Positions 53,473 to 61,281 of a DNA stretch of 64,000 bases are shown here, piece by piece. A program made the position numbers and the translations under genes. Position 1 is the first letter of the stretch, and the number at the start of each line of letters is the position of its first letter. This stretch comes from Patescibacteria group bacterium (GTDB lineage Bacteria; Patescibacteriota; Patescibacteriia; 2-12-FULL-60-25): the NCBI GenBank assembly GCA_029210915.1, contig JARGGJ010000004.1, positions 15,327 to 79,326 on the forward strand. The letters run 5' to 3'. The notes beneath the pieces were generated by a model that saw only the letters and a program-made list of their open reading frames with translations, had not been told where the DNA came from and did no database searches.

Positions 53473-53882
53473 ATTGGTACATGGTCCTGGGTACATGGTC
53501 CTGGCTTTGGCTTGAGTTGCCCTAGTTGTTCTCTTGTTCTTAGGGAGGTGATGAATCCTGCTAGAACTTTATTTATTCTTAATGATAAATTGCGCAATTC
53601 CTCAGCCAGCTCTTTGCTAATGTATTCGCGATCTTCCCCAAGATAAAGCAACGATCTAACTTCTGCACATGAACCTTTTGAAATTATTAAAAATCTTGCA
53701 AATTCCTTATCCCCCTTACGATCAAATCCTTCTGCAATATTGTTCATTATAGACATGCACGCTCTTTCTATCTGGTCTTTGTATGACCAATCCCGGCAAT
53801 TTTTAATCTCGCTATGTATGCGATTTGATAATTCACGTGCTAGTTGCCAGGCGATGATATCTTCGAATTTTTCTATGCTCAT
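53445..53882 (-). CDS. Four-helix-bundle protein (23S rRNA intervening-sequence protein family)
   Basis: FEDIIAWQLARELSNRI...MSIMNNIAEGFDRKGDKEFARFLIISKGSCAEVRSLL is the family signature. The last 30 or so residues are read from the gtacatggtcctgg repeat, so the true C-terminus is uncertain. Confidence 0.8.
   Translation of the reverse strand: MSIEKFEDIIAWQLARELSNRIHSEIKNCRDWSYKDQIERACMSIMNNIAEGFDRKGDKEFARFLIISKGSCAEVRSLLYLGEDREYISKELAEELRNLSLRINKVLAGFITSLRTREQLGQLKPKPGPCTQDHVPICIATLENP
53476..53516. repeat. gtacatggtcctgg-family element (overlaps the 4HB gene end and the orf81 start)
   Basis: ggtacatggtcctgggtacatggtcctggctttggcttgag. Confidence 0.9.
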
Positions 53883-53891
53883 ATACTTAAA

Positions 53892-53960
53892 GTCCTGGGT
53901 ACATGGTCCTGAGTCCTGGCTCCGATCGAAGCCAGGACCATGTACCCAGGACCATGTACG
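53892..53960. repeat. gtacatggtcctgg-family hairpin between lexA and the 4HB gene
   Basis: gtcctgggtacatggtcctgagtcctggct-ccgatcga-agccaggaccatgtacccaggaccatgtac. The arms are complementary. Confidence 0.9.
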
Positions 53961-53967
53961 ATTAAGT

Positions 53968-54576
53968 CTATCCGAATTTACGTATGACAGCCTTAACAGT
54001 CCCTTGAATCACCGGGTCGTAACAGTAAATTGGTTTCATGGTGGAGTTTGCCGGTTGGAGGCGGATGCGGTCGCGCTCGCGGTAGAAGCGTTTTAGGGTG
54101 GCGTAGGCGTTATCGAGAAGCGCGACGACCACATCGCCGTTTTTGGGTGATGGATTGCGCTCGACTACGACGTAATCGCCGTCGAAGATGCCATCTTCGA
54201 TCATGGATTGGCCTTTGACGCGGAGTACGTAGGAGTTGGCGGAGTTGGGCGCGAGATCTACGGGGATGGCGATTGTTTCGTGCTCCTCGACAGCCTCGAT
54301 TGGTACGCCGGCAGTGATTAAGCCGGCTAAAGGGAGCATAATGCTTTTACCCCAGCGCACCGCTTTATCGGTAGGCTCGAGCTCGCGCGCGGCACCGCCG
54401 GCTTTTAAGAAGCCGCGCGAACGCAAAGCTTGAATGTGCACGTGCACAGTTGAGGGAGAAGCGAGGTTTAGGCCATCTGCGATTTCGCGAAATGATGGAG
54501 CGTATCCGCGATCGTTAATGAAGTCGATGATGAAATCGAGGACTTCTTTTTGCTTGGGAGTTAATGGCTGCAACAT
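53968..54576 (-). CDS. lexA: SOS repressor LexA
   Basis: wHTH N-terminus (LTPKQKEVLDFIIDFINDRGYAPSFREIA), Ala-Gly cleavage region (LAGLITAGVP), Ser in VKGQSM, Lys in ATLKRF. The track TTG start at 54606 overlaps the operator and was trimmed to the ATG at 54576. Confidence 0.93.
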   Translation of the reverse strand: MLQPLTPKQKEVLDFIIDFINDRGYAPSFREIADGLNLASPSTVHVHIQALRSRGFLKAGGAARELEPTDKAVRWGKSIMLPLAGLITAGVPIEAVEEHETIAIPVDLAPNSANSYVLRVKGQSMIEDGIFDGDYVVVERNPSPKNGDVVVALLDNAYATLKRFYRERDRIRLQPANSTMKPIYCYDPVIQGTVKAVIRKFG

Positions 54577-54600
54577 ATAAATATTTGTGAGAGGGTTATA

Positions 54601-54615
54601 GAACAAAAATAGAAC
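54601..54615. promoter_or_regulatory. Candidate LexA operator (SOS box) upstream of lexA: GAAC-N7-GAAC
   Basis: ttataGAACaaaaataGAACgaa, 25 nt upstream of the lexA ATG. It overlaps the -10 and spacer of the TTGACC-17-TATTTT promoter candidate read on the minus strand. Confidence 0.6.
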
Positions 54616-54634
54616 GAATGCAGCCTTGGGTCAA
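54606..54634 (-). promoter_or_regulatory. Candidate promoter of the lexA-4HB-orf81-dinD-like-dinB operon
   Basis: Minus-strand TTGACC (plus 54629-54634), 17-nt spacer, TATTTT (plus 54606-54611). Confidence 0.5.
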
Positions 54635-54696
54635 GGGATGAGGGTTGAGCCAAAAATTAGACATTTCCACATAGGTTGTTCCATAGTTGTTCGAAT

Positions 54697-54872
54697 ATTG
54701 TCTGAACCTTGATTCACTTATTGTCTGAACCACGATTCACTCGATTAACGGATTAGCTTGATTATTAATTTATACGGACATCCGAAATATGATGAATAAT
54801 CGAGTTAATCGAAATAATCCTGTAAATCCCACTTCGCCAAGGCTGCGAGGGACACGGTCAAGGTTCAGACAG
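54697..54872. mobile_element. MITE-like hairpin element, copy B (about 175 bp, left terminus duplicated)
   Basis: TGTCTGAACC at 54699 and 54722, with its perfect complement GGTTCAGACA at 54861. It shares the acgattc, gattaacgg and aataatcgagttaatcg blocks with copy A. Lies between the lexA and malic-enzyme promoters. Confidence 0.7.
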
Positions 54873-54929
54873 TCATCTTGCCACACCTCTGACCTGGGCT
54901 TATGATTAAAACTTAATCACTAGGACCGA

Positions 54930-54992
54930 GTCTTAACGTCATAAAGTCATAACGGAGCTCCGTTAAGACGTTATGACGTTATGACGTTTAAC
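54930..54992. repeat. gtcataacg/cgttatgac-family hairpin upstream of the malic enzyme gene
   Basis: gtcttaacgtcataaagtcataacggag-ctccgttaagacgttatgacgttatgacg. Confidence 0.9.
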
Positions 54993-55003
54993 TTTTAAAC
55001 AAT

Positions 55004-56332
55004 ATGAAAGAAGACGCATTAAATTATCATGAGTTTAAAAAACCCGGAAAGATTGGGTTGGCAATTACAAAGCCTTGCGCGACTGCCGCGGAGTTATCAC
55101 TCGCCTATTCGCCGGGTGTGGCTTATCCGTGTTTAGAAATTAAAGATAATCCCGAGGATGCATATCGCTATACATCAAAAGGGAATTTGGTTGGTGTTGT
55201 TAGCAATGGTACGGCGGTTTTGGGTTTGGGGAATATTGGTGCGCTGGCCGGGAAGCCCGTGATGGAAGGTAAGGGAGTTTTGTTTAAAAGATTTGCAGGT
55301 GTTGATGTGTTTGATATCGAAGTTGATGAGCAGGATCCGCAAAAGTTTATTGAGACGGTTGCAAGGCTCGAGCCAACTTTTGGCGGGATTAATTTAGAAG
55401 ATATAAAAGCGCCCGAGTGTTTTGTTATAGAGAAAGCCTTGAAGGAGAAGATGAATATACCGGTTTTTCATGATGATCAGCATGGGACGGCGATCATTGT
55501 TGCGGCAGGTTTAAAAAATGCTTTGCAGATAGTTGAGAAAAAAATTGATCAAGTTAAAATCGTGGTGAATGGTGCGGGTGCGGCGGCGATTGCCATCTCT
55601 CATCTTTTGATTGATGTGGGAGTGAAAAAAGAAAATATCTTTATGCTGGATAGCAAGGGATTAATCTCGCAAAATAGAGAAGATTTGAATGAGTACAAAT
55701 TGTTTTTTGCGCAGAAAAACCCCTCCCCATCCCTCCCCTTGTCAGGGGAAGGCGACGGCGATAAGAGTCATTTTAGCTTAGCTGATGTGATGGTGGGTGC
55801 GGATGTGTTTGTTGGGGTTTCGACAGGGAATATTTTAACCGCCGAGATGGTAAAGACTATGAACGAAAAGCCAATTATTTTTGCGCTGGCTAACCCAACT
55901 CCGGAGATAGATCCAAAACTTGCCCGCGAGGCTTCCCCGGGCGCAATCATCGCCACGGGCAGGAGCGATAATGCCAACCAAGTAAATAATGTTTTGGGAT
56001 TCCCTTACATATTTCGTGCGGCGCTGGATGTGCGGGCAAAAGAAATCAATAAAGAAATGAAGTTGGCTGCGGTAGATGCCATTGCGAGTTTGGCGCAAAA
56101 GCCGGTTCCGCAAAGTGTGGTTGATGCCTACGGGCAAGAGTTTACTTTTGGCCCGGATTACATCATCCCCAAACCGTTTGACCCAAGATTGCTCGTGGAG
56201 ATCCCACCGGTTATTGCGCAAGCGGCAATGGATACGGGAGTTGCGACTAAACCAATAGATGACATGGATGCGTATAAAGCTCGGCTTACGGAAATTTCCG
56301 AGGCCTTGGGGCGTGGGGAGTTTTCGTTGTAA
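55004..56332 (+). CDS. NAD(P)-dependent malic enzyme (short form, no PTA domain) with a palindrome-derived insertion
   Basis: 442 aa. LAYSPGVA, HDDQHGTA, Rossmann VVNGAGAAAIA, ALANPTPEI. The extra KNPSPSLPLSGEGDGDK segment is encoded by a CCCTCCCC-TTGTCA-GGGGAAGG palindrome. Confidence 0.93.
   Translation: MKEDALNYHEFKKPGKIGLAITKPCATAAELSLAYSPGVAYPCLEIKDNPEDAYRYTSKGNLVGVVSNGTAVLGLGNIGALAGKPVMEGKGVLFKRFAGVDVFDIEVDEQDPQKFIETVARLEPTFGGINLEDIKAPECFVIEKALKEKMNIPVFHDDQHGTAIIVAAGLKNALQIVEKKIDQVKIVVNGAGAAAIAISHLLIDVGVKKENIFMLDSKGLISQNREDLNEYKLFFAQKNPSPSLPLSGEGDGDKSHFSLADVMVGADVFVGVSTGNILTAEMVKTMNEKPIIFALANPTPEIDPKLAREASPGAIIATGRSDNANQVNNVLGFPYIFRAALDVRAKEINKEMKLAAVDAIASLAQKPVPQSVVDAYGQEFTFGPDYIIPKPFDPRLLVEIPPVIAQAAMDTGVATKPIDDMDAYKARLTEISEALGRGEFSL
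55731..55752. repeat. GC-rich palindrome inside the malic enzyme gene
   Basis: CCCTCCCCTTGTCAGGGGAAGG. Confidence 0.9.
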
Positions 56333-56416
56333 ATGTACAGTGAGAGAAAAAATTAAGAATTAAGAATTAAGAATTTTGGAGGCCTGCGGCATTAATATTA
56401 AACTTAGTTTAAGAAA

Positions 56417-56441
56417 GCCTCGTGCATTGTGCGGGGTTTTT
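56417..56441 (+). terminator. Terminator, member of a near-identical terminator family
   Basis: GCCTCGTGC-att-GTGCGGGG-ttttt. Siblings lie at 57329-57360, 58484-58511 and 58857-58882. Confidence 0.75.
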
Positions 56442-56526
56442 GACTGATAAACTGTTTTAATGGTTAAATAAAAAGGTTAGGTTGCACAATCAGCCAAGGC
56501 TTAATTTAATAGATAAAATTATATAT

Positions 56527-56913
56527 ATGAATAATTACGGAATATCAAAAGAAGTCGCGATGGGATTTAACGCGGCAGTAGAGAGAGTTAATGAAGTACT
56601 TAAGCGGCACGGATTTGGCGTGCTAACAAAGATAGACGTTGCAGAGCAGATGAAGGAAAAACTCGAAAAAGAGATGGGGCGTTACATAATTTTAGGCGCA
56701 TGCAATCCGCCCTCGGCATATGAAGCGATACAAAATGATGTTGAAATTGGTCTACTTCTACCATGTAATGTGATTGTTTACGAAAAAGAGGGTGGAGTTT
56801 TTGTATCCGCAATAAAGCCGACAGTAGCAATGGGTTTTGTAAATAATGAACAGATCCAGGATATAGCAAAAAAAATTGAGAAGATGCTTAATGAAGCAAT
56901 GGAGGAACTTTAG
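56527..56913 (+). CDS. DUF302-domain protein
   Basis: FGVLTKIDVAEQMKEKL...YIILGACNPPSAYEAI...LLPCNVIVYEKEGG is typical DUF302. Trimmed from the track start at 56482. Confidence 0.8.
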   Translation: MNNYGISKEVAMGFNAAVERVNEVLKRHGFGVLTKIDVAEQMKEKLEKEMGRYIILGACNPPSAYEAIQNDVEIGLLLPCNVIVYEKEGGVFVSAIKPTVAMGFVNNEQIQDIAKKIEKMLNEAMEEL

Positions 56914-57011
56914 TTTTGGTTCAGATCATATGGCCGGTGTAGTAAGTGCGGAGTTTATTAATAAAGATATAATTCGTTGCAACTAACTCAAAATATTACG
57001 ATATCAAAACT

Positions 57012-57314
57012 ATGAACAAACTATACCTAATACCTCTAATCGCGTTTGCATTTATTTCTGCAGGTTGTTCGAGTTCAACAGTTGGTAAAATTGTACAGCC
57101 GGATGAATATTTTGATTTGGAGAATCCTGCGCAAGGTTGCGCGATTAAGGAAACTTGCGGTGATTTGGTTAGCGTGGATTGTGGGATTGCCGCAGATGGG
57201 CCGTTTTATTATGTAGAAAAATCTACAAATAAAATCGTAAGTGATTGTGGTGGTTTTCGTATGGCAGGCGAAAATACCGATGTTTGCCCTCCGGAAGAGT
57301 GGACTTGTGAGTAG
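57012..57314 (+). CDS. Small Cys-rich lipoprotein
   Basis: MNKLYLIPLIAFAFISAGC lipobox, 100 aa, terminator at 57329-57360. Confidence 0.6.
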   Translation: MNKLYLIPLIAFAFISAGCSSSTVGKIVQPDEYFDLENPAQGCAIKETCGDLVSVDCGIAADGPFYYVEKSTNKIVSDCGGFRMAGENTDVCPPEEWTCE

Positions 57315-57403
57315 AAAAATTGCAATTAAAAAAATCCCGTACGTTTGTGCGGGGTTTTTTAATTTACAAAGATGTAGTTGTTGGATAAGATGATTCAATA
57401 AAT

Positions 57404-57880
57404 ATGCTATCTACAAATAAAATGACCGGGGATGACGTTAAGTATGTTTCATCTGTGGCTCAAAAAATTATAGACGAAACAACTTATTATTCAGCCGAAG
57501 CGCGTAGCACGGAGTGTGCTAAGTTTAGCGTAGAAAATTTACAAAAGATTTTAGATAACGACCAGGCAATATTACTTACAGCTAAAGACGGAGATGATAT
57601 AGTGGGATTTTGCTATGGTTTTTTTGATTGTGGAACTTTCTGGGCGGATTGGATTGGTGTTTTGGCGGAATATAGGGGAAAGGGTGTAGCGATGAATCTG
57701 ATGAAGGAGTTAGGTGAATTATTAACATTTACCAATGCTCATAAAATATGGTGTGATACAAGGTGCGCCAATACAGAATCCAATAATCTACTGAAAAAAA
57801 ATGGGTTTGAACAAGTAGCTCAACTTAAAAATCATTGGTACGGGCAAGATTATTATATTTGGGAAAAGTTTTTAAAGTAA
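57404..57880 (+). CDS. GNAT-family N-acetyltransferase
   Basis: 158 aa. Acetyl-CoA binding motif VLAEYRGKGVAMNLM. Confidence 0.8.
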   Translation: MLSTNKMTGDDVKYVSSVAQKIIDETTYYSAEARSTECAKFSVENLQKILDNDQAILLTAKDGDDIVGFCYGFFDCGTFWADWIGVLAEYRGKGVAMNLMKELGELLTFTNAHKIWCDTRCANTESNNLLKKNGFEQVAQLKNHWYGQDYYIWEKFLK

Positions 57881-57892
57881 AAATCAAATATT

Positions 57893-58459
57893 ATGAAAAT
57901 CTTTCTTCGGTTTACTCTATTTCTGCTTTTTATTGTAGGATTCGGATTTAAAGCTGAAAACGCTTATGCAAGAATGCCCGATGTGTATCCGGTTTGGGGT
58001 TATAATGCGCAGGATCATATTTGCCAGATAAAGCAAGAATCGGAACAGGGTTTGGTAAATGAAAATTTATTGGGAGATTACTGGAATATAAGAGAATGCC
58101 GATCTAACCATCCGGAGATAATTTTTTATTCCGGCGGTGGAATCTTGATTTGGTTTTGTCTTTTGATTTTTGTATTCGCCCTCCATTATCTCATCTTCCC
58201 AAAATTAGACAAACGAAATAAAGCGGAGAAGGCCATATTTTTTGTTCAAGATATAATTATTCTGGCGATAGTAATGTTTTTTATCGTTTTATTGCAACAC
58301 TACTTTGATATTCCCATGGCTGTATATAATTACCAATCTGATGCGGATCATATAATCTATTCCACGTTTATTAAAAACCGGATTCCACTTTTTATTGCCG
58401 GAGTTTATATATTGATCTCATCACTAAGATTGTTTTTTGCATATCAAAAGAATAGATAA
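57893..58459 (+). CDS. Hypothetical membrane protein
   Basis: 188 aa. Signal/TM plus 3-4 TM helices. Terminator at 58484-58511. Confidence 0.55.
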   Translation: MKIFLRFTLFLLFIVGFGFKAENAYARMPDVYPVWGYNAQDHICQIKQESEQGLVNENLLGDYWNIRECRSNHPEIIFYSGGGILIWFCLLIFVFALHYLIFPKLDKRNKAEKAIFFVQDIIILAIVMFFIVLLQHYFDIPMAVYNYQSDADHIIYSTFIKNRIPLFIAGVYILISSLRLFFAYQKNR

Positions 58460-58483
58460 TAGAAGATGTATAAGATGTGTTTT

Positions 58484-58511
58484 ATCCTCGTGCTCATTGC
58501 GCGGGGTTTTT
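58484..58511 (+). terminator. Terminator (same family)
   Basis: ATCCTCGTGCtcattGCGCGGGG-ttttt. Confidence 0.75.
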
Positions 58512-58601
58512 GATTTGACTTAAAAATTAGCTTATGGTGATATTGTGCTTGGAGATTTTAAGGTGACCAACAAATTCGGTGATCATTAAGGAGATGCTCT
58601 T

Positions 58602-58835
58602 ATGACGATCCACCTGCTCAGAACGCAACGAGGAGTTGTTATTGCACGTACTTCATTAATGGAGTTGCTTGATGGAGAAGAAGACAGCTATGAAATAGTA
58701 GCTGTGCTCAACATCGATGACGAAAGCTGTTTAACAGCCGACCATCCGGATTTGCAAAAACTTTTGAATGACGCTTTTGTGAGCGGAGCAAAGTGGGGGC
58801 AAAAGAATCCCCAAAAGTACATTTCACATTCATAA
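58602..58835 (+). CDS. Hypothetical protein
   Basis: 77 aa. Strong SD AAGGAG 8 nt upstream, TTGACT-17-GATATT promoter candidate, terminator at 58857-58882. Confidence 0.5.
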   Translation: MTIHLLRTQRGVVIARTSLMELLDGEEDSYEIVAVLNIDDESCLTADHPDLQKLLNDAFVSGAKWGQKNPQKYISHS

Positions 58836-58942
58836 AAGCATTTGCTCTTTTATACTAACCCTGCGCGATGCGCGGGTTTTTTGTTTTACAAAAAATTAAA
58901 CTCTGGATATGATGAATATACCCTGACAATTAAGAAAAAGTT

Positions 58943-59305
58943 ATGACCTCGACCAAGCAAAACAGCAAACTTATAGATGAATATATAGCGCAATTCCCAC
59001 AAGAAGTGCAGGTGATTTTGGTTAAAATTAGAAAAGTGATTAAGAAATCCGCACCGGGTGCGATAGAGGTTATGAGCTATGGAGTTCCTACATTCGATTT
59101 GGACTTGGAGCATTTGATTCATTATGCGGCATTTAAAAAACATATCGGGATCTACCCTACTCCTTCAGCGATTGTAAAATTTAAAAAAGAATTGGAAGGT
59201 TATGAAACGTCAAAGGGAACAATTCAGTTTCCGCTTGATGAACCGATTCCGTATGAATTGATACAGAAGATTGTGGAGTTTAGAGTCGATAGTTGTACGG
59301 ATTAA
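58943..59305 (+). CDS. DUF1801 (YdhG-like) domain protein
   Basis: IDEYIAQFPQEVQVILVKIRKVIKKSAPGAIEVMSYGVPTFDL...HIGIYPTP matches the DUF1801 pattern. Confidence 0.8.
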   Translation: MTSTKQNSKLIDEYIAQFPQEVQVILVKIRKVIKKSAPGAIEVMSYGVPTFDLDLEHLIHYAAFKKHIGIYPTPSAIVKFKKELEGYETSKGTIQFPLDEPIPYELIQKIVEFRVDSCTD

Positions 59306-59346
59306 TTTGGAAGAATATTTTCCTACATAAAAGTGTTGATGATTGT

Positions 59347-60414
59347 ATGAAAAAATTCGCGCTATACAAAATATTTGGGATAGTTGGCGGAGTTGCAATT
59401 ATAGTTTTGCTGATTTTTGGATTTATCAAAGTAATCGACGAAGAAAAACAGGCCTCGTTAAGAACCGCCGAAGTTTCGGCTCCGGGAGAAATAATTAACG
59501 ACACACAAACATCAATCGCCGAGGTTGAACTTGCTGAAGTTTTGCATCCGATGGCAATCGAGAGTTTGCGGAGAGGTAGCTATCCCGGAGGGGATTTTGT
59601 GATAGAGGAAAAACTTGTGAATGGCTCGAACTATGAGCAATATATTGTTTCGTATAAATCGGAAGGATTAAAGATATATGGATTGTTGACCGTGCCTTTG
59701 GCAAAAATGCCCAACGAGGGGTATCCGGCGATAATTTTTGTTCATGGTTACATTCCTCCCAAGCAATACTCTACAACGGGGAACTACCCAACTTACCAAG
59801 CAACTTTGGCGCGCGCGGGGTTTGTAACTTTTAAGCCGGATTTGCGCGGGCATGGCAACTCGGAGGGCGAGGCAGTTGGCGCGCATTATTCGGAAAAATA
59901 TGTTATCGACACTTTAAATGCAATTGCTTATTTGAAAGATTACAAAGATGTTGATGCCGAGCGGATCGGTTATTGGGGGCACTCTAACGGCGGAGAGATC
60001 GGGCTTCGGGTTTTGGTTGTTTCGGATGACATTAAGGCGGCGTCTTTGTGGGCGGGGGTTGTGGGAAGTTACGAAACAATGTTTGAGACGTTAAATTATC
60101 AAATTGATTTTTTACGGAACGTTACATCCACATCATTGGTTCAAGAGAATGGGTTACCAAGCGAGAATCCGGATTTTTGGAACAAGCTGGATCCTTACAA
60201 TTATTTAGATGATGTTGGCGCGCCGGTTCAGTTGCAACATGCAACAGGTGACGAGAGCGTGCCATTCCAGCTTTCGCTAGAATTAAAACAGGCGCTGGAA
60301 GAAGCCGGGAAGAATGTGGAATATTTTGAGTACAAGGGTGATGACCATAACATTGGCGCGAACTCGGGTTTGGCTTGGAGGCGGGCTATAGAGTTTTTTA
60401 ATAAGAATTTATAA
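59347..60414 (+). CDS. Alpha/beta hydrolase (S9 prolyl-oligopeptidase/dienelactone-hydrolase-like), membrane anchored
   Basis: N-terminal TM. Nucleophile elbow GYWGHSNGG. Later GDESVP and DDHNI are consistent with the Asp and His of the triad. The track start at 59293 overlaps the previous gene, so the ATG at 59347 is preferred. Confidence 0.85.
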   Translation: MKKFALYKIFGIVGGVAIIVLLIFGFIKVIDEEKQASLRTAEVSAPGEIINDTQTSIAEVELAEVLHPMAIESLRRGSYPGGDFVIEEKLVNGSNYEQYIVSYKSEGLKIYGLLTVPLAKMPNEGYPAIIFVHGYIPPKQYSTTGNYPTYQATLARAGFVTFKPDLRGHGNSEGEAVGAHYSEKYVIDTLNAIAYLKDYKDVDAERIGYWGHSNGGEIGLRVLVVSDDIKAASLWAGVVGSYETMFETLNYQIDFLRNVTSTSLVQENGLPSENPDFWNKLDPYNYLDDVGAPVQLQHATGDESVPFQLSLELKQALEEAGKNVEYFEYKGDDHNIGANSGLAWRRAIEFFNKNL

Positions 60415-60505
60415 AAGCAAAAAACCTCACGAAGAGTCATGAGGCGTGAGATGTTGGAACGAGAAAATATTTTGTAGCTAAATACGTTATTTTATAATTT
60501 AGTTT

Positions 60506-60784
60506 TTATGACTGCCCAACAGCGATTGCTTCTTGATTACTTGTAGTGCGTTCGCGCAGGCGGAGCTCGAGGCTTGCTGTGTCGCGGTGTGGCGCGACAA
60601 GCGAATCGGACGATCTCTCGTTTACCGAGGCCTTGGTGACTACACTGAGACCGCATCCCTCGATTGCCAATTTGAGGCACGTCCAACCAAAGCGCCGATC
60701 CCAAACGTAGCAAATATTATTACTACGCTCGAGAGCCGCCAAATCCACCTCGTACTCGTGGCCGTTGTAGAAAAACGTATCCAC
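60506..60784 (-). CDS. Orphan hypothetical protein (92 aa)
   Basis: The track ORF starts at a TTG at 60805. The GTG at 60784 is preceded by AGGGGGA 6 nt upstream. TTGACT-17-TAAATT promoter candidate and a stem-loop plus T-run at about 60425-60455. G+C above the local background by eye. Confidence 0.5.
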   Translation of the reverse strand: MDTFFYNGHEYEVDLAALERSNNICYVWDRRFGWTCLKLAIEGCGLSVVTKASVNERSSDSLVAPHRDTASLELRLRERTTSNQEAIAVGQS

Positions 60785-60960
60785 TCTTGATCCCCCTTCC
60801 TTCAAGTTAAGTTTTCGTCAAATGAATTTAACATTTTTTGGGGTTTTAGTCAACGGTACAGCCAGAACTTACGGATAAAGTAGATACTTATTTTGTATTT
60901 TTGCACCTAAATAAGCACTGTGTTAAACTAAAAATAGCTCTTTTTAACGGGGGGGTAAAA

Positions 60961-61281
60961 ATGGAAGCACGGTGCCGTGAAGATAAAAACAGGCCCAGCG
61001 AGCCTCCGTATGCCCGAAAGACTTTGGAAGAAGGAAAGATTGCAACCGGCTTATTTAAAGGCCAAGCACTGATTTTTATTCCGCGATATGTATGTTGCAA
61101 ACTTGGCAAAGAACGTATTCACGCTCTTGCTCGCCGTGTATACGGGCAACTCAGGCTAAATGTTTTTAGAGCCGATAATTTTGAATATAGAAATTCGTAT
61201 TGTTTGGAATTGCCACCAAGCACAACTCTTGCCTACATGTTCATTACAATGTTGCACGAAGAACTCAAAAAATCCCCTTGA
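60961..61281 (+). CDS. Orphan hypothetical protein (106 aa)
   Basis: The ATG at 60961 is preceded by GGGGGGG-taaaa. TTGCAC-17-TAAACT promoter candidate, TGA stop, terminator at about 61287-61312. Divergent from the 60506-60784 gene. Confidence 0.5.
   Translation: MEARCREDKNRPSEPPYARKTLEEGKIATGLFKGQALIFIPRYVCCKLGKERIHALARRVYGQLRLNVFRADNFEYRNSYCLELPPSTTLAYMFITMLHEELKKSP

Noticed and set aside
54577-54606. Longer track starts for lexA (TTG 54606), nrnA (10475), clpP (11719), the MBL-fold gene (16679), DUF302 (56482), the RRM protein (49772), trxB (43354) and orf81 (53496)
   Set aside because: The extra residues are encoded by repeat or operator DNA, are absent from the conserved N-termini of these families, and mostly rely on TTG or GTG codons. 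An internal ATG that matches the family N-terminus was preferred.
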